Below the pieces are notes generated by a model. It was not told the DNA's origin, made no database searches, and saw nothing but the letters and a program-made list of their open reading frames with translations. A program made the position numbers and the translations under genes. A DNA stretch of 64,000 nucleotides from Histomonas meleagridis 2922-C6/04-290x (taxonomy: Eukaryota > Protista > Parabasalia). The stretch is from assembly GCA_020184695.1 (NCBI GenBank), contig JAANOX010000242.1:124001-188000 (forward strand), given 5' to 3'. Each line of letters begins with the position of its first letter. Position 1 is the first letter of the stretch. Below are positions 56,426-64,000 of this stretch, in pieces.

Positions 56426-58345
56426 ATGTCAGTTCCAACCACATCCATTCTCACAGGAAGCAAACAATCGTCGACGCCGTCCTCTCTTCCAGTATCAAAT
56501 GTAATCGGCACATCGTACGATACTCCTCAGTCAAGTTCCATTCTTTCCGGTTCAGTAATTAACGAAGTATCCAGACTTTCAGATGTTTCGGAGCGGCGTT
56601 CAACTGCCGAAAGGCCGATCGACATGGAGAAGCTCAATGAAGAGCGGAGTCATTGGCTCAATCAAATCCTTGCGGAAAATCCACAAATTCTTGCGATGCG
56701 AGAGAAATCATTACAAGTCTCTGGCGGGTTTTCCTTTGCCAATGTTACGCATACTCAAACGTTTACGGCATTATCGTGTATTGATCGGAAGACAATTCTT
56801 GAGCTAATCTATCAACATCTTCAAGCAATTGGTATGTACCGTACGGCCGAAGTGTTATCTAATGAATGTGGACATGTTTTTCAAACATCAGATCAACCAT
56901 GGGATCGAACAGATTTACATCTCTTGACATCAATTGCAGTTGGCCATCGCGAAGACCCATGGAATGTACCAGCGGACTTAAACCATGAAAACATTACTGA
57001 GTATTTGGAGGAAGATTTCTTTTCATCGCCATATCGAGAAGATCCGAAGACAATTTGGGACGAATACTTTAATCCGGACTTAAACTGTCGCTTTAGTGAC
57101 CCTAATAATCACGACTATCAAAACCTTACTGCTGCATCATTAAAACGATTAATTGTATATCAATGTACAACAGAAGTTCATGGTATTAATGATGAATGTC
57201 AACAATTATTCTTTTTGACAATACATTCTATCACTAGTGCGCAACATTTTCTTAATCATATTGTTGAATTATTTGATCTTAACTTGGAAGGAACTAAATA
57301 TGAATCAGAGAAAATCGAACAACAACAAATCTCTGACTTACGTAAAAGTATCATAAACCTATTAAAGAAATGGATCAATTATCATGGATTATTCATTGGT
57401 AAGAAGACGATTGATTTGATCCAAAAATTCTTGACAAGAATTTGTAATGATCCGCAACATGAAAAACTTAAAGTTTATGCTCAAGCAATCTTAAAGACAT
57501 TAAAGACTGGATTAACTTATGGTACTAAGAAAGGTACATGTAACTTTGATCAAGAACCGATGATCAAAGATCCACAAGTCTTATTTAAGCCAAGTTTATC
57601 GATATTAGATCCAGAACCTCTTGAAGTTGCACGTCAAATAACGTTAATATATCATAAGAAATATGCGTCAATTCATTCATTAGAATTTATCGTTGCATTA
57701 AAGTCTAGAAAAGCAACAATTCAAACGCAAACATTAAATGATTTCTTCCAATTCGGTGAAGATATTACACGATTAGTAGCAGATGCTTATTTAAGTTCCA
57801 CTAATAAGGATCAAGCATATGATCGAATCTTTGAAATAATTAAGCAATTTAAAGAATTATGTAACTTCGATGCAGTATCTTGTTTGACACAATTAATGTT
57901 ACGAGATGATGTTTGTGCATTCTTATCAAAAGATCCAAAAGATAAAAATAATTTGGAACAAAAGAAAAATAAATTATTGGAAATGTGGAAAGAATCAGGT
58001 GAAAATGATAAATATGAAGCAAAGAAACCAACGCCATATGAAACTTGTTTGACTCAAAGATTCGAAGGTTGGGTCCCTTGTATACCAAATATGCACGCAG
58101 AAATTAAAAGAATTGATAAGAAAGTGCTCCAAATGAATGATTATATCGACGGATTAATTAATTGGGAGAAAATGAGAACGTTAGCAGAAAGATGTACAAT
58201 CTTATATAGGTTCCAAAATCAAGCTTATAATTATTACACAATCCCACAAATAGAAAAGGTAATATTGCAAGGTACTAAGATGTCGGCGCAAGAGATTGTT
58301 AGTAAGTTGGAGGAGAAATTGTTGGAACAAATGGAAATTACTTAG
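56426..58345 (+). CDS. LisH + RasGEF domain protein
   Basis: LELIYQHLQAIGMYRTAEVL (LisH), LKRLIVY (REM), PLEVARQITLI, CIPNM, INWEKMR. Confidence 0.88.
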   Translation: MSVPTTSILTGSKQSSTPSSLPVSNVIGTSYDTPQSSSILSGSVINEVSRLSDVSERRSTAERPIDMEKLNEERSHWLNQILAENPQILAMREKSLQVSGGFSFANVTHTQTFTALSCIDRKTILELIYQHLQAIGMYRTAEVLSNECGHVFQTSDQPWDRTDLHLLTSIAVGHREDPWNVPADLNHENITEYLEEDFFSSPYREDPKTIWDEYFNPDLNCRFSDPNNHDYQNLTAASLKRLIVYQCTTEVHGINDECQQLFFLTIHSITSAQHFLNHIVELFDLNLEGTKYESEKIEQQQISDLRKSIINLLKKWINYHGLFIGKKTIDLIQKFLTRICNDPQHEKLKVYAQAILKTLKTGLTYGTKKGTCNFDQEPMIKDPQVLFKPSLSILDPEPLEVARQITLIYHKKYASIHSLEFIVALKSRKATIQTQTLNDFFQFGEDITRLVADAYLSSTNKDQAYDRIFEIIKQFKELCNFDAVSCLTQLMLRDDVCAFLSKDPKDKNNLEQKKNKLLEMWKESGENDKYEAKKPTPYETCLTQRFEGWVPCIPNMHAEIKRIDKKVLQMNDYIDGLINWEKMRTLAERCTILYRFQNQAYNYYTIPQIEKVILQGTKMSAQEIVSKLEEKLLEQMEIT

Positions 58346-59033
58346 AACATCAAAACTTTCGTGATGTAAAACCGTAATAAACGAACGAATAATTGGGTGA
58401 ATTTCTTTTGAAAATAATCGTTGTATATGAAAAAGTTGTGTAAATCACTCAAATCGAAATTTTATACATTTTACAGCAATTTTAATTACAATGCAATGAC
58501 TTCTAAATACCACCTACTTATAGGAGATGGGAAATTATATAAAATTCTATTGGAAAACAAGATAGAACACAAATTTGAAGCATTCCTACGATTTTTGATC
58601 ACTATTTTCAATTTTTGAAATATAAACATAATGCTAAATATCATTTGAATAAAATAAAAATTAACATTATTTATTTAGATATACTTGTTGGCTATGTGAA
58701 ATTGTGGTGATACACGATATGGTGATGTCACAGCTGTTGGCTAATTATCATTATTAGATTTGAGTGATGATACAATTGTTAATATTATTGATGAATCTGT
58801 ATGATTTTTGATTGTTTCCATTATCCCATGGATTAATCAATAATCCTCTTCCCCAAGGAGAGCTACTTGATCCATTTCTGGTTTTGTTTTTTCGATAATT
58901 GCTATATTTCCACGCGCTATCCACAGAAGAGTCACATCACCGATTGCTTTCACTCCATTTGATAATTATCAAAGTCATTCGCCACAACTTAAAGTTATAC
59001 ATTAACTAAAACACCAAAAATTCAAATCAAAGT

Positions 59034-60452
59034 TTAGTAGAACGCAGGTATGTTTGCGTATTTCATTGGTCTATAATTCTCAGGTATTGGCTGAGCCTCG
59101 AATTGTTGGAACTTGTAATCCTTCAGTGACAAGTCCTCGTTATATTCCATGAGCACGACCGCTCCTTTGTTATCCATTTGTCCGATATAATTTGGTGCAG
59201 AGAATATTGTAATACATTTTCCGTTATGCATTACGCCATAACCATTTTCTTGTACCTGATGCGATCTAATCAACAAGTCCAAGTTATTCTTTTGTAAGAA
59301 TTGTTCAGTTACATCAGGTCCAAATGTACTTGTTACACCTCTTGGCGATGGCGCGAAGCCATTTTCTTCCATAGGATCACTCCATAAGATATCATTTAAT
59401 GGGCCTGTTTCAGGTGGCTGTGAAAATCGATCCATTCCATTAATGTCTTTAATGGTGATCGATTGATCTCTAAATAATCCGCCATGGATTACTAGTGTCT
59501 TACCATTAATTATATGGCCTAATGGTAAATAATTAAAGAAATCACTAAATTGCTTATAGATGTTCGAGTTGTATTTGCTAGTGCACTCACGTGAAAAGCC
59601 ATACAATGAATTCATGGTCATGGTTTCATGATTCCCTCGATTCATATAGACGCATTTAGGATTATATAACTTCCAGGCAAATAAGGTTAATAGAATTTCA
59701 ACACCCATTGACCCGCGATCAACATAATCGCCATTGAACAAATATGGATTATCAGTGGATGGCTCCCCAAATTGCTTAAATATATTAAGAAGATCTTGGT
59801 ATTGACCATGGGTATCACCAACTATACGAATATGGCCTGGTTGTGTAAGATCAACAATATTGGCCATTTGTTGATTCATGTCTTTCATTAAGGAAATCAT
59901 GTGAGTGACAACCCTGGTGGGTGGGAGCTTGTTGTTAAATAAATCTGTCATTAATTGACGGACATAATCGAGAGTGAATTCTGGAAGTTGAACTTGTTGT
60001 GTAGGTTCATCTTCAGGAACGGTAATAACAAGATTGTCATCATCGTTGCTCATTGCTTCACGATATCCTTTCATGAGTAACTGCTTCTTTGCAAATTCCA
60101 TTTGGTCCCTCCAAAACTTTTCTTTGGGCTGTATTTTAGCAGCGCTAAGGAAATCATTATATGAGTCTTTCCAATCAAGAGTACAACCTAAAGCTTGGCC
60201 ACGACGATAATATGCTTTTACATTTTGTGGATTTAATTCAATTGCTTTTGTTGCTGATTCTATTGACTCTGCGTATTTTTCAATTTGTAGTTGTGCTGCT
60301 GAAAGGTTTGTATAAATTGTTGATAAAACAACTTTGTTTTCAGGTGGAATCTCTTCGATAGCAAGTTGATAACACTTACAAGCATCGAAATATTTTTTAG
60401 ACCTGAAAAAGTTGTTTCCTTCTGCGTGTTGGGCCGAAATTGTTTGCGACAT
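59034..60452 (-). CDS. PPP5: Serine/threonine protein phosphatase 5 (TPR + PPP)
   Basis: N-terminal TPRs; GDTHGQ, GDYVDRG, RGNHE, IFSAPNY. Confidence 0.95.
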   Translation of the reverse strand: MSQTISAQHAEGNNFFRSKKYFDACKCYQLAIEEIPPENKVVLSTIYTNLSAAQLQIEKYAESIESATKAIELNPQNVKAYYRRGQALGCTLDWKDSYNDFLSAAKIQPKEKFWRDQMEFAKKQLLMKGYREAMSNDDDNLVITVPEDEPTQQVQLPEFTLDYVRQLMTDLFNNKLPPTRVVTHMISLMKDMNQQMANIVDLTQPGHIRIVGDTHGQYQDLLNIFKQFGEPSTDNPYLFNGDYVDRGSMGVEILLTLFAWKLYNPKCVYMNRGNHETMTMNSLYGFSRECTSKYNSNIYKQFSDFFNYLPLGHIINGKTLVIHGGLFRDQSITIKDINGMDRFSQPPETGPLNDILWSDPMEENGFAPSPRGVTSTFGPDVTEQFLQKNNLDLLIRSHQVQENGYGVMHNGKCITIFSAPNYIGQMDNKGAVVLMEYNEDLSLKDYKFQQFEAQPIPENYRPMKYANIPAFY

Positions 60453-60584
60453 GGTTCAAAGAATAATATCGCCGATAATATTTTTTGTGAAGAAATTCAC
60501 CGTGGTCCGATCAAAAGTGACAGTTCATTGGTTTTATTGAGTAAATATAACATATATATAATTGTCTATGCCTCATTTATTTAT

Positions 60585-61805
60585 TTAAAGAGGAAGAAAT
60601 GGCTTCGCATAAGCAGTTTTTCCTTGCTCACCATTTTTAATTCCGATTTCAACGTATCCTTCGGGTGCTTTAGATCCATTATCAATGCTGATGACAGCCT
60701 TTTGGACTCTTTCCTCAAATTGCGCTTTAGCTTTTGCATCAAGTTCTTCATCATGCTTCTTTATAATCTCATTAAGCTTGTTTTCTAGAGCTGATGAATC
60801 AATTGTTTCTTCACCATTTTCTAATACAAGTGTCACTTTTCCTGCATCTGCTGGTTTAAGAGCAAAGAGTTGACCTTCTGAGATGATTTGTTTAAATGAA
60901 TCAGCTGTGAAAGGTTTGTTTGTGGTATCAATACGAACATTCTTAAGATTAGTTATATCAACACCATATGATGTGCCATGAGAACGGATAAGATATGACG
61001 GGAGGATAACTTTGCCAACTTCGGAGTTGTTGGCAACAATTGCAGCAAACATCTTTGATGTGATGTTTAAATCAAATATATATGGTGGAGCAAATTTATT
61101 GTTTGCTTCAAGTACTTGGAACTCAATAGCAGCTGAAAGTTCTTTTCCATACTTATGAAGACAAGCAACTTCAAGAATTGTGAGATCTGGAAGTACTGCA
61201 TAATACTTAACGCAGTTATCTTTCTCTGCTGTGAACACATAAAGGTGAAGTTTGCAAGAAAGGAATTGTGTGAACTCTTTGGTGACTTCTTCAATCTCTT
61301 TATTGTATTCTTCTTCGGTTGCAAATATACCTTCAGCATCAATGGCAGGATATTCGCGATCTGTGATAAGAGACACTTCAACAGAACCTTTGTTTTCACA
61401 ATATCTGAAATAACTAAGTAAACGACGAACTGGAAGATCTCTATAAGAACGAGTTGTTAGTTTTTCAATTTGAGGAACAACAAGCTCTGGATGGTAAGAA
61501 AGATAAAATGGGTCATTAAGCTTTGTGAGACCAGTATGTGTAATTTTGAGAACTTTTTCGTCAAGATCTCCTTTAATTGCTTCTGGAATTGATTTAAATT
61601 GTGCTTTAGTGGAAATGGTTGGGACAAGCATTTCATCATATTCAAACTTATTATGAAGAACTTGACCAAATCCTTCTAAAATAGAGTTAATTCCATACCA
61701 ACCATTTGGTAATTGGATTGTAGTATGATCTAGAGGATATCTATCATCAACTAAGCCAAGTCTAATAATTGCTTGATATTTATCAATGAATTCTTGATCA
61801 ATCAT
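60585..61805 (-). CDS. Degenerate prolyl-tRNA synthetase-like protein
   Basis: VTH-like LKITHTGLTKLNDPFYL, SYRDLPVR and FAT retained; RPTSE, motif 2 and motif 3 residues not conserved. Confidence 0.7.
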   Translation of the reverse strand: MIDQEFIDKYQAIIRLGLVDDRYPLDHTTIQLPNGWYGINSILEGFGQVLHNKFEYDEMLVPTISTKAQFKSIPEAIKGDLDEKVLKITHTGLTKLNDPFYLSYHPELVVPQIEKLTTRSYRDLPVRRLLSYFRYCENKGSVEVSLITDREYPAIDAEGIFATEEEYNKEIEEVTKEFTQFLSCKLHLYVFTAEKDNCVKYYAVLPDLTILEVACLHKYGKELSAAIEFQVLEANNKFAPPYIFDLNITSKMFAAIVANNSEVGKVILPSYLIRSHGTSYGVDITNLKNVRIDTTNKPFTADSFKQIISEGQLFALKPADAGKVTLVLENGEETIDSSALENKLNEIIKKHDEELDAKAKAQFEERVQKAVISIDNGSKAPEGYVEIGIKNGEQGKTAYAKPFLPL

Positions 61806-62292
61806 CAAAAGAATGGCTGTGCATTGAAACGCCTTCTTAAATACGACGGTTAGATGAGGTGACCCTCAGAAAATCATTGGAAAATGGCTAGTTTTCCTTT
61901 CAAAAAGATTTTGGTCTCGCCCAATATTTGAATGAAAGACGTTTATCATCAAAGCCAAACCTTTCACTTTCACATTAAATGTTTATATATTGATTTAAAC
62001 CTATAAAAACATATCATTTTACTACTGACGTTCTATCCAAAAGTATTTAATTTATATTAGATATATCATTTTTAAGCAGATCCTTATTGTTAATAAATTC
62101 AAAATATTATCTTCATTCAAATTAAAAAAAGATTACTGCTATAGATATTAAATCTTGTGTGGGCTCAAACAAGGAACGAAGAATGATTTATAAACTTGCT
62201 TGATATTGTTTCCAACTGGAAAAGACGATTAAATAAAACTGAAAAAAAGCTGCTTTGACTTTTTGAATGACACTTTTCCTTCAAAAATAGAA

Positions 62293-62300
62293 AACGGTTT
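62293..62300 (+). promoter_or_regulatory. M3-like (Myb-type) motif upstream of RPL38
   Basis: AACGGTTT, 19-26 nt upstream of the ATG. Confidence 0.45.
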
Positions 62301-62318
62301 GGCCATCCATTCCGTTAC

Positions 62319-62546
62319 ATGCCAAAATCAGTTGCAACTCCACGTAAATTCCTTGAGCTTGCTGCTCGACCAGATGCTAAATGGGTCAAGGTCAAGAAAG
62401 TTAAAAAGAGCGGTGACACAAAATTCAAGCTCAGGACTACAAAATATCTTTACACATTAACTGTTAAGCAACCCAAGTTTGTTCAACTTGTTACAGAATC
62501 AATTCCTCAAGGACTTGAAGTAATCTATCTTGACAAACGCGAATAA
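62319..62546 (+). CDS. RPL38: 60S ribosomal protein L38 (eL38)
   Basis: KFLELAARPDAKWVKVKK...TKFKLRTTKYLYTL. Confidence 0.95.
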   Translation: MPKSVATPRKFLELAARPDAKWVKVKKVKKSGDTKFKLRTTKYLYTLTVKQPKFVQLVTESIPQGLEVIYLDKRE

Positions 62547-62662
62547 ATAAACTTTTAATTTTTTTTTTCTCAATGAAATTATTTCATATAAATCTTTTCC
62601 TCAACTTTTTTTTTAAAACTCAAAAATTTTACCGTATAATATTTACAAAAAAACAATTATTG

Positions 62663-64000
62663 TTATCCAAGACCGAGTAAAAATTTCATCGACTCTATCG
62701 GGTCCCCCCTAATTAGGGGTGCATATTGGGGCACCTCATTCGACTCAAGCACCAATTCAACTTCGGGTGAAAACGAAAAAATTTCTGGTGTTATTTCAGA
62801 CTTTGGCTGTTCATTTTGATTTCTTTTCACTGCTGTTTGTTGACTTACGTTGGAATTTCGAAGATAAGTTTTTGATTGTGGATTTCCACTTCTTTTTTGT
62901 GCATTATTTGTTGGTTTCTGTATTTTGACTTGCTGTTGATTTTCAAGCATCATCTGTTCGTACTGTTCAACATCATCTGTTACTGTAAACATGTAAGTAC
63001 ATGGACCATCGTTATCGAATAAATCAAATAATGTTAGATCTGTATTCAAAATTGGTTCACTGCCTTTCTTTGGCTTTCTCCCACGATTTTTCTTTCCGAT
63101 CAGTTGGTCTTTCTTCTTTGTCTTAGGTGATTTTTGGCGACGATTATCAGTATGTCGTGTTACTGATGGAGTTTCTTTTTCCTCCCGTATTGGTTTGTTT
63201 TCTACTTTGTCATCTGGCGCTGTACAATGCCAACCAATCCATTTATTGAGCTCTTCTAAAATTCCTGGAATGAAATCAATTCCGAGTGTAAGTTCATCTC
63301 CAGCTTTAATAAATTCTTCAGTTGAGCTACCTGGGCTAAGGCTAGCATCACCGACAAAAACACCACAATAAACTGATGAGCCAACTTCGAAAAGCTTTAA
63401 TACGCAATTTCCAAACATTGATCGACGCATCTTATGTAGTGGTGAGAATTCAATATGAGATGTGTCTAGAACAAGACGTGTGTCTGCTATTTGATAAAAA
63501 CGAAAGTCAACACCATCATCATAATTAAACTCTTCAAGATCACCAACAAGTCCTTCGGCGACCGTTACAAACTGTCCCTTTTTCAAATCAACCGCTGTGA
63601 AGAGACCGTTTTCCTTAACGTTGGAAAGCGACGGTTCTGGCACTGATGGAAGCTTGAGCAGATTTCCCTGGATACGGCCAAGCTCAAACGTAGTATTCTC
63701 TGTTAGCTTACAGCCAGTTTCAAATGGCTCTTTTATTTCAACGTCTGTTCTATAAATGTCATTAAACAAAAGATCATTAAATATCCAGGTGAATTGCTCT
63801 TCATCCAAGCCATAAAAATGGTTACAAAGATACTTTGATCCTGTTAGAAATGATTGAAAAAGATTATGTCTCTTTTTTCGAGAAATCAAACTTGGATTGA
63901 GAGGATGACAAATAAAAAAGAATGAACGAAATCGATCATAAAATGATTCACAGAATTCTCTGTAGTTTAATGTGGCTTCATCAATATCTATAGATAAAAA
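62663..64000 (-). CDS. Degenerate SET-domain-like protein, 5' end outside window
   Basis: Frame is open from 64000; NGLFTAVDLKKGQFV...LVLDTS...RRSMFGNC...IKAGDELTLG. Confidence 0.65.
   Translation of the reverse strand, partial: FLSIDIDEATLNYREFCESFYDRFRSFFFICHPLNPSLISRKKRHNLFQSFLTGSKYLCNHFYGLDEEQFTWIFNDLLFNDIYRTDVEIKEPFETGCKLTENTTFELGRIQGNLLKLPSVPEPSLSNVKENGLFTAVDLKKGQFVTVAEGLVGDLEEFNYDDGVDFRFYQIADTRLVLDTSHIEFSPLHKMRRSMFGNCVLKLFEVGSSVYCGVFVGDASLSPGSSTEEFIKAGDELTLGIDFIPGILEELNKWIGWHCTAPDDKVENKPIREEKETPSVTRHTDNRRQKSPKTKKKDQLIGKKNRGRKPKKGSEPILNTDLTLFDLFDNDGPCTYMFTVTDDVEQYEQMMLENQQQVKIQKPTNNAQKRSGNPQSKTYLRNSNVSQQTAVKRNQNEQPKSEITPEIFSFSPEVELVLESNEVPQYAPLIRGDPIESMKFLLGLG

Noticed and set aside
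58640-58990. Protein-like fragments on the minus strand between RasGEF and PP5
   Set aside because: Multiple stops and no family recognisable with confidence.
1-64000. tRNA, rRNA or snRNA genes
   Set aside because: No cloverleaf, TTCGA T-loop context or rRNA-like stretch recognised by eye; tRNAscan-SE/Infernal would be needed to exclude them.

Overview
AT-rich, gene-dense eukaryotic DNA, almost certainly from a parabasalid (trichomonad). Evidence: DUF3447-ankyrin genes, a BspA-like remnant, TCAYTTT initiator and CCTTT promoter motifs, TAAA signals overlapping stop codons, and near-intronless genes. The species cannot be determined. Bases ~32-64 kb are a compact housekeeping block (importin-beta, Noc4-like, RPL13, RPL38, CNOT9, INTS4-like, RasGEF, PP5 and others), including one canonical 23-nt GT-AG intron. 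Bases 1-32 kb mix a few intact genes (Hsp70, Myb/U-box, RCC1) with pseudogenes, a MITE, a Tc1 element and four ankyrin loci. The standout is the ankyrin loci. Every ankyrin repeat is interrupted at the same point (the beta-hairpin between ...INAKD and TAL...) by a ~90% AT insert with a stem-loop. I counted 43 inserts, of which 35 are exactly 80 nt, so they break the frame. The inserts have no usable GT-AG or AT-AC ends, and in at least one unit all three frames contain stops. The ~90-nt coding blocks between them have diverged yet stay open, and nearly all their indels are in-frame. This points to an unrecognised way of removing or skipping the insert (non-canonical splicing, ribosomal bypass or DNA-level excision). 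That mechanism is inference and needs RNA or proteomic data.
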